From NCBI GenBank assembly GCA_963707025.1, contig CAVPOM010000007.1, positions 448,001-512,000 of the forward strand: 64,000 bases of DNA, read 5' to 3'. Within the stretch, counting starts at the first letter, position 1. Each line of letters begins with the position of its first letter. This document shows, one piece after another, positions 1 to 10,166 of the stretch. The translations under genes were made by a program, and so were the position numbers. Below the pieces are notes generated by a model that was given only the letters and a program-made list of their open reading frames with translations, had not been told where the DNA came from and ran no database searches. The DNA is from an uncultured Verrucomicrobiae bacterium. GTDB lineage: Bacteria > Verrucomicrobiota > Verrucomicrobiia > Limisphaerales > Palsa-1400.

Positions 1-3000
1 CCTTCTGGGGCTGCTACGTGGACGGCCAAAGCTCCAAAGCCGAGACGAACAAGGATTGGCTGCTGGTGCCGTTGCCGCAGCGCGCCAATCGCGACGAGGC
101 CTTTGCGGTGGACATCGTCTATGCCCAGGACATTGGCGCAGTGCGTGGCCAGTGGTATCCCAGGAGAGTGGCGTTGCAAGCCCCCAAAACGGATCTGCCC
201 AACACTTTTGCCGAGTGGGAGGTTTATCCGCCGGACGATTCCCACTTCTCCTCTTTTGCCGGGAGCATGACGGTGGCGCGGGGAACGACCTACGGCCTGC
301 ACGATGCCTGGCGGCAGTTTTGCGATTTCTACGCGGGCGTTCTTTCCGAATATGGAGGGACGATGGCCATGGTCGGCGCCGTTGTTTTCGTTCTTATCCT
401 GATGGCAGCATGGATGCGGAGCCGCAATTGGAGCGGGGTTGGCGCGGTGTTGCTGGTTCTGGTTGTCGTAGCGATATTGGCGGCCATGTCCGTTCCGAAT
501 TTCGTCCGGGCACGCACATCCTCTCAGGCGAACAGCGCGATCAGCACACTCCGAATCCTGGACGGGGCCATGGGCCAATTTGAGCTTGAGAGCCACGGCC
601 AGATTCCAGCCAGCTTGGACGACCTGAAACCGTACGCCGGCAGGGGTGAGGGCGGGGAGGATGCCTTTGTTGACCCATCCAGCGGGGCGGAATTCGTCTA
701 TGTCGGAGCAGGCAAACCGCGAGGCGATCACAACGCCCTTATCGCTTACTCGCCGGTGGACCACAAGGGACGTTCTCGTCTTGCTGGGGGATGGCAGCAT
801 CGAACAAATGTCCAGCGCCCAATTTGCCGAAGCCAAGGCGAGGGACCGGTCGGTTGCAGTTGCCGGTCAACCAGCAAGCGCAAATGTGGTTTTTGGTGGT
901 CGTGGTGGAGGAGGCGGGGGCGGTCGCGCCAGCACCCCGATGAATGCCCCGGCAACGGCGGATGCGCCGCGGATGCAGTTGGCCAGCCCGCCCGGTGCTC
1001 AGGTGGCTCGGATTGCGGCGGAGCAACCTCCGGCCGTCGCTGCCCCTGCCGGTATTCCGGCGCCTCAAGCGCAGCGCGGAGGATTATTGGCCGCTGCCGC
1101 GGTTCCCACAGCGGCGGGGCTTCGTTCCATTCATATTGATATTCCGAAGCACGGCCAGCCGTTTACTTTCACCAAGGTCTTGAATACCGGCGGCGCACCT
1201 CTGGCCATTAAGATGTCCGTCATGAACGCCCGCATCTTTTCTGCCATGCGGTCGGCAATCCAGGTGGCGGCGTTTCTCCTTGGGTTGCTGCTCATCTGGC
1301 GGCAGCGGCGCCGCCGGAACAGCTTGCTCATCACCCTGGGAGTTGCCCTGGCCATCGGTGCCGTGGCCGAGTTGCTGCTCACAAACCGGGTCCTGCATCT
1401 CGCGCTCATCGTTGCCGTTCCCGTCCTGGCCCTGGCCATTCTGATCGCGATCCTGCGCACCATCCGGCCCAAAAAAGCCGCCGCAGGCGTGCCTGATTCC
1501 AACCCGCCGCCCCCGTCCGTCATCCCGCCGGTGGCCGCCTCCATCGGCCTGCTTCTGCTCCTCACCCCCTCCACACTGGCCCAGGACTCCGGCGCGCTCA
1601 ACGAAGCCGCCATCCGCAATCCGCAATGCACAATTGCCACCGCGTCCTACTCGGGCGCCATCGGCGAACACGTCGCCCAGTTTGAAGCCTCGCTTCTCCT
1701 GATCTCCGCCTCCACCAACCAAACGCTGCCTCTTTTTGCCGACGAGGTGGCGCTCCAGGATTTTTCCGTCAAGTCGGGCGAGGCCCGGCTGCTGCGGGAA
1801 AGCGGCCGGCTGTCGGTTCTCCTGCCCAACCGCGGCGAGGCCGCCATCACCCTGAAATTCGTCGTCAAACTGGGTGGCGATGTCACCAAGCGGCAATTGA
1901 GTTTTTCCCTTCCCCCGGCGCTGGCCAGCACGGTCAACGCCAGCATTGACGAGCCGGACGCCGAGGTGGAATTTCCCACCGCCGTGGCCTTCCAACACAC
2001 CCAAGCCGGGCGGCAAACGCGCATCGCGGCCACCGTCGGCTCGGAGGATCGGGTGGAAATCCTCTGGACGCCGCGCACCAAGCGGGCCAACGAAGTCGCC
2101 GCCACTATTTTCGTGGAAAACAATTCCCTGGTTGCCTTTTCCAGCGGCGTCATGAACGTGAACTGCACCCTGGACTACCAAATCAGCCAGGGCGAATTGC
2201 GCCAGGCCCGCGTCAGCCTGCCCGCCGGCCACCGTCTGTTGCGCGTGGAAGGAGAATCCATCCGCATTTGGCAATTTGAGGAGCACACAGACGCGCTTCC
2301 CCCGGGCGTTGGAGAAATCCTGGTGGTGGACCTGCTCAAGGGCGTTTCCCCAGGCTACAAACTTTCCCTTGAGACTGAAAAAACACTGGACTCATTCCCC
2401 GTCACCGCCACCCTGGCCATCCCGCACGCGCTGGAGGTCAAACGCGAAACGGGCCTGGTGGCCGCGCGCGCCGGCGAAGACTTGAGCCTGACGGTGGATC
2501 GCGCGGTGGATTTGCAGCGCGTGGACGCCTCGGAATTCCCGGGCGGGGCTGGCGTCTCGAACCTGTTCAGTGTCTGGCGTTTTCTTAACCCCGCCTTCGA
2601 CCTCGGCCTCAAAGCCGAAACCGTCCAGCCGCAGATCGAAGCGGTTGTCCACAACAATGTCAAAATCAGCCCCACGCAGGTCGCTCTTTCCGCCGCCATT
2701 GATTACACGGTCAAGCGCGCCGGCGTGTTTGCCCTCCAGGTCGCCCTGCCCGCCGGTTACACGCTGGATTCGGTGCAAGGCGACAACATCCTGCAATGGC
2801 AGCCGCGCCAGGCCGCCGCGGGCGCCGGCCAGGTCCTCGATGTTTCATTGAAGAACCGGCTGCTCGGCGCCTATTCCCTGCGCCTGGAACTGGCGCGCTT
2901 GCACCAGGAACTGCCCTCCACCGTCGCCATCCCGGGCGTCCATCCCTTGGACGCGCAGAAACTCTCCGGCTCCATTTCCGTCGCGGCTGAACCGGGGGTG

Positions 3001-4713
3001 GCCGCGAAAACCACCAACTTCGACGGGCTGACGGAAATTCCGGGGGCCAGCCTCGCCTCCGGCGCGAACACGGCCGCCGGCGTCCTGGCCTACAAATTCC
3101 TCAGCGCCCAACCCGGGGCCCTGCCCGACTGGAAACTGGATGTGGCCTGCGAAAAAATTGACCCCTGGGTCCGCGTGGAAATCGCCCAGATTATTTCCAT
3201 CTCCGACAACCTCCTCAACGGCTCGGCCATCGTCCGTTACGAAATTCAAAACGCGCCGGTCAAGGCCTTCCGCTTCAAGATTCCCGCCGACTGCACCAAC
3301 ATCGAATTCAACTGCCCCAACCTCCGCCGCCGGGACCAGAACCCGGCCAACGGCGAATGGAGCGTCGAACTGCAAAACGCGGTGTATGGCCAGTTCCAAT
3401 TCGCCATCACCTGGGAAAAACCGGTGGATCTCAAAACCAGCGCGCTGGACCTCCCCGGAATCCAGGCCCTCGGCGTGGAGCGCGAATCCGGGTTCGTCGT
3501 CGTCCACGGCAAGCCGGCCATGCAGGTCGCCGAAAAATCCAGCAGCGGCGAACTGATGAAGATGGACGCGAGCGAATTGCCGGACTGGACAGGCGGCGCG
3601 GCGGGCCAGGTGCTGGCCTGGCGTTACCTCCGGCCCGGCTACCAATTGAGCGTCCGCGCGGATCGCCTGGCCGATGCTGCCGTTCTCCAAGCACTGGCCG
3701 AACAAATGCGCCTGACCACCGTCGTCGCCGACGACGGCCAGATCATGACCGAAATGCGGCTGATGGTGCGCAACAACGGCTTGCAGCATTTGGAAATCGA
3801 ACTGCCGCCCGGTCACACGGTCTGGTCGGCCTTTGTGGGAGGCGAGGCCGTCCGCCCCGCCCTGAGCCAGGGCAAGTTGCTGCTGCCCTTGGAGGCATCG
3901 GACACCGCCGAGGACACGCCCGTCGCGGTGGAATTGACCTTCGTTGGCCAGGAGAAATTCCCCTCCGGCAGCGGGCAGGTTCATTTGATTTCGCCGCGCC
4001 TGAACGTGCCCTTGAACAACGCGCGCTGGGACCTGTATCTGCCGCCGGACTATGATTATCAAAAATTCGCCGGGAGCATGTCCCACGAAGCCCAGGCTGC
4101 GCCGGTGCTGCAAAGTTATTCCCTGAGCGAATACCGCGCCCAGGAAACAGAAAAGAAGGTCGCCAAACAGACCGCCGCCGCCAACTTCATCAGCAACGCC
4201 CGCCAAGTGCTGGCCAACGGCAATGTCATAGGGATCAATGGCCTCGACAATAACCAATTTAATCCCTCCTCCCTCAGCTTTGACTCCGCCACCCGCAGCG
4301 CGCTGGAGGACGTGAAACAAAACGTGGACCGCCTCCAGGCCAGCAACCTCCGGCAACAAAACCGCGTCTTTAACAATTATGGGAACATCGCCGTCGTGCA
4401 GGCGACCGCCAAATCCGAAGAAGACACGATCGCCCGGCAGCAATGGTCCAAACTGGCGCAAGCGCAGCAACTGGCCGTGGCGCGGGTGCAGCCGTTGCGC
4501 GTCAACCTGCCCACGCGCGGCCTGCATCATGGCTTCACCCAGATTCTCCAGACCCAGGTGGACAAGCCCTTGAGCATCCAATTCACCGCCGCCAACACCC
4601 GATCCGGTGGGCTGTTCCGGCAAGCGTTTGACTGCGCCCTGGCCCTGCTCCTCCTCTGGTCCATCGTAAAATTCCTCCTGGCCCTGCAGCGCGATGAGAG
4701 GAAGCCGGCATAG
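1..4713 (+). CDS. Giant membrane protein, 5'-truncated by the window edge, with two homologous modules and an internal pilin-like domain; one frameshift near 775
   Basis: The frame of ORF 18..1139 is open from base 3 and joins ORF 646..4713 at DHKGR/xVLLGDGSIEQ. It has several hydrophobic TM stretches and internal similarity (FWGCYVDG..LLVPL..WEVYPP vs VWSAFVGG..LLLPL..WDLYLPP). Confidence 0.8.
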
Positions 4714-4893
4714 GCGGCCAGCGCCGGCGGCGCGACATCTGTGTAGAACTCCGAAACCAAAAATCCTCAAGCCCCGTGCAGGGGCGGCATATTCGGGAAA
4801 TCAGTCCTCGCGGCTTTTACAAACGCTTTCGCAGCTTTTAGAAACTCGACGAAAAATTGAGGACAGAGGCGTTTTGCCTGTTGTCAAACCGAA

Positions 4894-5175
4894 CTATGGT
4901 TTGACGCGTTCGCTTTCATGCTCTCGCAGAGCCTTTATCTGCCGGCCGGCGATTATTTCTTTGCCAATGCCCAAGACAGCGAATGCCAGCCCTTCGATAC
5001 AAATGATTTTCCAGCGGCGGGTTTGTTGCTTCGAGGCCAGCAGTGCGCAAGTGGCAAGGACAAACAAGGCTGAAAAAAACGGCAGATCCGCCGGAGGCAT
5101 GCTCAGTGAGAAACAAACATACGGGAGCAGAATAAAGTAAAGGATCACCGACCATCGAAAAATGTGTTTGTTCAT
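4894..5175 (-). CDS. Small hypothetical membrane protein
   Basis: ATG at 5175 just after the kdpE stop; three hydrophobic segments (MNKHIFRWSVILYFILL...). Confidence 0.55.
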   Translation of the reverse strand: MNKHIFRWSVILYFILLPYVCFSLSMPPADLPFFSALFVLATCALLASKQQTRRWKIICIEGLAFAVLGIGKEIIAGRQIKALREHESERVKP

Positions 5176-5179
5176 AAAA

Positions 5180-5881
5180 TCAAGCCTCCACCACCAGCCG
5201 GTAGCCGACGCCCGGCTCGGTGACCAGGAGCACGGGCTTGGCGGGGTTGGCCTCAATTTTTTCGCGCAGATACCCCACATAGACGCGCAACGGGCCGGTT
5301 TTGTCCGCTTCTTTCATGTCCCAAATTTCCCGCAGAAGCTGACCGTGGGTGAGGACTTTGCCGGCGTGGCGCACAAACATGAGCAGCAGGGAATACTCCG
5401 TGGCGGTCAGTTTCACGGTGCGGCCCTGCACCTTGACGGTGCGGGTGGTCAGGTCCACGGAAAGCGGGCCGGATCGGAACACTTCGGTCTTGGTCTGAGG
5501 CTGGAAGGAGCGAAGGATGACCCGCAAGCGGGCCAGAAGTTCGCCGGTGCCAAAGGGCTTGGTGATATAATCGTTGGCCCCGTTGTCCAAGGCGGCAATT
5601 TTGTCCTCTTCGCGGTAGCGCACCGAAACCACCAGGACGGGGACTTGGCTCCATTCGCGCAGACGTTTGAGCACGGCCAGACCCGGGAGGTCGGGCAGGC
5701 CCATGTCGAGCAGGACGATGGCGGGCTGGCAGCGGATGGCTTCCTGCAGACCGGTTTCGCCGCCGGCGGCTTCCACGACTTCGTAGCCGTTCATTTCCAG
5801 GCAGACGCGGAGGAGGCGGCGGATTTGCACCTCGTCATCAATGACCAAAATCACCGGCTTTTTCGAATCAGCCTCGTTCAT
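5180..5881 (-). CDS. kdpE: KdpE-type OmpR-family response regulator
   Basis: Receiver motifs ILVIDDE, LLDMGLPD and GANDYITKPF; winged-helix tail LVTEPGVGYRL; overlaps the kdpD stop. Confidence 0.92.
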   Translation of the reverse strand: MNEADSKKPVILVIDDEVQIRRLLRVCLEMNGYEVVEAAGGETGLQEAIRCQPAIVLLDMGLPDLPGLAVLKRLREWSQVPVLVVSVRYREEDKIAALDNGANDYITKPFGTGELLARLRVILRSFQPQTKTEVFRSGPLSVDLTTRTVKVQGRTVKLTATEYSLLLMFVRHAGKVLTHGQLLREIWDMKEADKTGPLRVYVGYLREKIEANPAKPVLLVTEPGVGYRLVVEA

Positions 5882-8583
5882 GCGACGCTCCGGGACTGTA
5901 ACGGAGGGGTGGGCCGGCTGGCCGCCTCGTGGCGCAACGGCAGACGAAGGGTGAAAACCATGCCGCCGCCCGCGCCGTTTTCGGCGGTGACGCTGCCGCC
6001 CTGGGCTTCGGCGAAACCTTTGACCAGCGAAAGGCCCAGTCCGGTGCCGCCGGTGGGGGCGTTGGGGGCGCGGTAGAATCTGTCAAAGATGCGGGGCAAA
6101 ATGCCGGGCGGAATTCCCGGGCCGCGATCGGCCACGACCAGGACCAGAGAACCGTCCCGGACGGAGGCGGAGACTTCGACGGGGGTGCCGGGCGGGGTGT
6201 GGCGGGCGGCGTTGGACAACAAATTGGCGAGGGCCTGTTGCGTCAAGACGAAATCCATCGGAACGAGCGGCAGGCCGGGGGCGATGCGGACGCTGAGTTG
6301 GTGGCGGGCCAGTCCTTCTTCGGTGTCGGCGACGGCCAGGTTGACCAGTTCGGAGACATCGCACTCGTTGACCCTGGGCTTGACGGCGCCGGATTCCAGG
6401 CGGCTGGCTTCCAGGACGTTGCCCACCAGGCGGTCGAGGCGGTCGGCGGCTTCGCGAATTTCGTCGAGCATTTCATCCTGGAGCGGGGAGAAATGGGACC
6501 GGCCCAGGGCGGCGAGATTGCCGGTGGCGCTTTGAATGGCGGCCAGCGGGGTGCGCATTTCGTGGGACATGGAGTCGAGGAGGGTTTTGCCCAGCCGCTC
6601 CGATTCGGCCAGCAATCTGGATTTTTCGGAGATTTCATTCAAGCGGTGGCGATCCAGGGCCATGGCGATCTGCTGGCAAAAGGCGTCGAGCAGGTGGCGC
6701 TGGCCGGGCGTGGGCGGGGAGGCGCGATGGAAACGGAGGCCGATGACGCCCATCTGCCCGCTGCTGGTGGCCAGCGGGACATACAGCGCCCCGGCCAGAG
6801 GCAGATTATCCGTGAACTTGCCGGCAGGCCGGCCGTGGGACATGACCCAGAGAGGAACGCGCTGGTCCGCGTCATCCGGCTGGAAGGCGCTGGCCGGGTG
6901 CGGGGTGAGAAGGTTTTGGGAATCAGGCAGGAAGACGGCAATGGCGGCGTCGAAGGCGATTTCCATCTGGCGCACCAATTGTTTGACCATGAGATCAAGG
7001 CTGGTGGAACGGTTCAACTCGGCGGCCAGAAGGTAAAGGGCGGTGGCGCGGGCTTCGCGCTGGCGTTCGGCTTCCTGCTGGGCGCGGATGCGCGCGGTCA
7101 ACTGCCCCAAGACCAAGGCCACAATAAAATACATGGCGAACATCATGGCGTCGCCAAATTGGGTGATGCGGAAGGCGAAGGTGGGCGTCAGAAAAAAGAA
7201 ATCCAACGCCAGCGCGCTCAGCGCGGCGGCAAAGAAGGCCGGCCCGCGCCGCACGAACACGGCGAGCAAGACGACGGCGAGCAGAAAGACCAGCGAAACG
7301 GTGCGCGGTTCCAGCAAGGGCCTGGAGAGCCAGGCCGCCGCCGTCACGCCGGCCACAACGCCCAACACCGTGACATATTGCATCAGGGTGGAGACGGTCA
7401 TCTTGCGTTCCGGGCGGGCGGCCCTGGCGCGTTCTTGTTTGTTGGCCAGAACCACCTGGACATCAACCTGGCCGCATCTCCGGATCAGGCGGCGCAACAT
7501 CAGGTCGCGTTGGAGGGCTTTCCACCACGGTCCGCCCAGCGGTTTGCCGACGGTGATTTGCGTGGCGTTTTGCTGTCCGGCAACGCGGAGGATGCCGGCG
7601 ACCGGATCGTCATCGGTGGTGATGATGACTTCAGCGCCCAATTCCTGGGCCAGGGCGAGGCTTTGGTTGAGCCGCATCTGTTCCTGCTCAGTGGGAGTGC
7701 GGGAGGTTTCGACATGGAGCACGACCCAGGAAGCGTTCAAACTGGCGGCCAGGCGGCGGGTGTGGCGCACCAGTTGCTCGGAATTAAGCCCCGATCCGAC
7801 GGCCGCGAGCAGGCGGCGGCCGGACTTCAAAGGGCCGGGGATGCGCCGGTTCTGCATGTGGGCGCGCACCTGCTGGCCGGCCCGTTCGCCAAACAAACGG
7901 GCCGTCATCTCGCGCAAAATGAGCAACGTGCCCTCCTGCCCGAAACCGGATTTTGTCAAATCGAATTCCCCCGCCTGGCCGGCCTGGGCCCGCTCCAGGC
8001 GCCGGAGCAATTCCCTGGGTGAAAGGTCCACCAGTTCCAGTTCCGCGGCATCCAGCACGGTGTCGGGGACGGTTTCGCCGGCGGCCAGGCCGGTCAATTC
8101 CCAGATCGCATCCGCGCGGCTGGCGACTTCGTGGATATTCAGGGTGGTGAAAACGTCAATGCCGGCTTCGAGCAGTTCCAGGACATCCTGATAGCGCCTG
8201 GGATGGCGGGCGGCGGGAGCGTTGGCGCGGGCCAGCTCGTCCACCACCGCCAGTTGCGGGCGGCGGGCCAGGGTGGCGTCGAGGTTCAAGCCGGCGCCCT
8301 GAGCGGCGGCGGGTTGCGCCGTCCGCGCCAGCGCGCCCTCAACCCAAGGCAACCCTTGCGCTCGCGCCATCGTCCCCGGCCAGCGCCCAACCTCCAGCGA
8401 GGCGATCACGACATCGCGGCCGGCGAGTTTTTCCCGGTGGGCGGATTGGAGCATGGCCTGGGTTTTGCCCACGCCCGGGGCCATGCCAAAAAAGAGGGTC
8501 AGCCTGCCGCGAGGCGGACGCGCGTCCGTATTATTGACGGGCGTCGTTGCCGGAGCGGGTGCAGGCGCAAGCACATCAGCCAT
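5878..8583 (-). CDS. kdpD: KdpD sensor histidine kinase
   Basis: KdpD domain (GMAPGVGKT, VDELA, RYQDVLELLEAGIDVFTTLNI), Usp-like region, 4 TM helices, SHEMRTPL HisKA and HATPase (NLLSNA, DRGPG, GLGL). Likely start is MADVLAP at 8583, not 10032. Confidence 0.92.
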   Translation of the reverse strand: MADVLAPAPAPATTPVNNTDARPPRGRLTLFFGMAPGVGKTQAMLQSAHREKLAGRDVVIASLEVGRWPGTMARAQGLPWVEGALARTAQPAAAQGAGLNLDATLARRPQLAVVDELARANAPAARHPRRYQDVLELLEAGIDVFTTLNIHEVASRADAIWELTGLAAGETVPDTVLDAAELELVDLSPRELLRRLERAQAGQAGEFDLTKSGFGQEGTLLILREMTARLFGERAGQQVRAHMQNRRIPGPLKSGRRLLAAVGSGLNSEQLVRHTRRLAASLNASWVVLHVETSRTPTEQEQMRLNQSLALAQELGAEVIITTDDDPVAGILRVAGQQNATQITVGKPLGGPWWKALQRDLMLRRLIRRCGQVDVQVVLANKQERARAARPERKMTVSTLMQYVTVLGVVAGVTAAAWLSRPLLEPRTVSLVFLLAVVLLAVFVRRGPAFFAAALSALALDFFFLTPTFAFRITQFGDAMMFAMYFIVALVLGQLTARIRAQQEAERQREARATALYLLAAELNRSTSLDLMVKQLVRQMEIAFDAAIAVFLPDSQNLLTPHPASAFQPDDADQRVPLWVMSHGRPAGKFTDNLPLAGALYVPLATSSGQMGVIGLRFHRASPPTPGQRHLLDAFCQQIAMALDRHRLNEISEKSRLLAESERLGKTLLDSMSHEMRTPLAAIQSATGNLAALGRSHFSPLQDEMLDEIREAADRLDRLVGNVLEASRLESGAVKPRVNECDVSELVNLAVADTEEGLARHQLSVRIAPGLPLVPMDFVLTQQALANLLSNAARHTPPGTPVEVSASVRDGSLVLVVADRGPGIPPGILPRIFDRFYRAPNAPTGGTGLGLSLVKGFAEAQGGSVTAENGAGGGMVFTLRLPLRHEAASRPTPPLQSRSVA

Positions 8584-8724
8584 GAAAGGAACATTAAAGG
8601 CAAACGGCCGGATGAAAAATGAAAAATGCGGCACGAGATGAACCTTGACGCCGGCGGCCGCTCTGCCATCCTGCCGGGCGTGGCGCCAGCTCAGAAACCG
8701 GCAGCCTGAAAGACAGCCCTTCCT

Positions 8725-10140
8725 ATGAATAGAAGAAAATTCATCCGCGACACCTCCCTCCTCGCATCCACCGCCCTGCTTGCCCCCGCCGCCGGGGCGG
8801 CGGCGCCGGAATTCCCGGTCGTGCGGATTGCCCAAGACAAACGGCGCTTCCAGAGCGCGGCGGTCGAGCGCGCCATCGCGCGCGTCCAATCGTCCATCGG
8901 CAACAAGGAGCTGGCGTGGATGTTCGGGAATTGTTTTCCCAACACGCTGGACACGACGGTGGATTTTGCCATGAGCGGCGGCCGGCCCGACACCTACGTC
9001 ATCACCGGCGACATAGACGCCATGTGGCTGCGGGACAGTTCGGCGCAGGTCTGGCCCTATCTGCCGTTGACCAAGGAGGATGAGCCGTTGCGCCAGCTTG
9101 TCGCCGGGGTCATCAACCGGCAAACCGGGTGCGTTTTGAAAGACCCCTACGCCAACGCCTTCTACAAGGACGAAACGAAAATCAGCGAATGGAAGAGCGA
9201 CGCGACCGAGATGAAACCCGGCGTTCACGAGCGCAAATGGGAAATAGATTCGCTCTGTTACACCATCCGGCTGGCGCATGGCTACTGGAAAACGACCGGC
9301 GACACCGCGCCTTTCGACGACCGGTGGCAGGAGGCGGTTTTGCGGATTCCCCGGACCTTTCGCGAGCAGCAACGGAAGCACGACCGCGGGCCGTACCACT
9401 TCCAGCGCAACACTTCCACGCCGACAGACAGTTTGCCGGGCGGCGGCTACGGCAATCCGGCCAAGCCGGTGGGCCTGATTTTCTCCATGTTCCGGCCCAG
9501 CGACGACGCAACCGTTTTCCCATTCCTGGTGCCGTCGAATTTCTTCGCGGTGGTGAGCTTGCGTCAGGCCGCCGAGATGCTGGAACAAATCCGCCACGAC
9601 GCCACCTCGGCCGCGGATTGCCGGGCGCTGGCCAAGGAAGTGGCCGGGGCCTTGCGCCAATACGCGGTGGCTAATCCGTTGGGATTTGGCAACATCCTCC
9701 CCTACGAAGTGGATGCCTTTGGCAATTCCTACTGCATTGACGACGGCAACATTCCCAGCCTGCTTTCCCTTCCATATATAGGCGCGGTAACTACGAACGA
9801 CCCTCTTTACATAAACACGCGGCGGTATGTGTTGTCGTCGAGCAATCCCTATTACTGCAAAGGCAAAGCGGCGGAAGGCCCCGGCGGCCCGCATGTCGGC
9901 ATGGACATGATTTGGCCGCTGGGCATTATCACCCGCGGCCTGACCAGCAGCCACGACCAGGAAATCCGCGCCTGCCTGGAAACGCTGCGGCAGAGCCACG
10001 CCGGCACCGGTTTCATGCACGAAGCTTTCCACAAGGACGACCCGAAGAAATTCACCCGTTCATGGTTCGCCTGGGCCAACACCCTTTTCGGCGAACTGGT
10101 CCTGAAGACATTTCAGCAACGCCCGCACCTGTTGGATTGA
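8725..10140 (+). CDS. Glycoside hydrolase family 125 (exo-alpha-1,6-mannosidase-like) with Tat signal
   Basis: Twin-arginine MNRRKF; GH125 motifs ITGDIDAMWLRDS, ERKWEIDSL, DDGNIPSLL and FTRSWFAWAN. Confidence 0.92.
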   Translation: MNRRKFIRDTSLLASTALLAPAAGAAAPEFPVVRIAQDKRRFQSAAVERAIARVQSSIGNKELAWMFGNCFPNTLDTTVDFAMSGGRPDTYVITGDIDAMWLRDSSAQVWPYLPLTKEDEPLRQLVAGVINRQTGCVLKDPYANAFYKDETKISEWKSDATEMKPGVHERKWEIDSLCYTIRLAHGYWKTTGDTAPFDDRWQEAVLRIPRTFREQQRKHDRGPYHFQRNTSTPTDSLPGGGYGNPAKPVGLIFSMFRPSDDATVFPFLVPSNFFAVVSLRQAAEMLEQIRHDATSAADCRALAKEVAGALRQYAVANPLGFGNILPYEVDAFGNSYCIDDGNIPSLLSLPYIGAVTTNDPLYINTRRYVLSSSNPYYCKGKAAEGPGGPHVGMDMIWPLGIITRGLTSSHDQEIRACLETLRQSHAGTGFMHEAFHKDDPKKFTRSWFAWANTLFGELVLKTFQQRPHLLD

Positions 10141-10166
10141 AGATGGTTCATCCCCGGGTTGGTCCC

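Noticed and set aside
2845..8022. Long alternative ORFs (2845..4770 minus, 5929..8022 plus) and similar ones elsewhere
   Set aside because: These are shadow ORFs opposite well-supported genes in GC-rich DNA, with no recognisable motifs.
8584..10032. 1384-aa KdpD with a long N-terminal extension
   Set aside because: The extension is the antisense shadow of the GH125 gene; KdpD motifs begin only after 8583.
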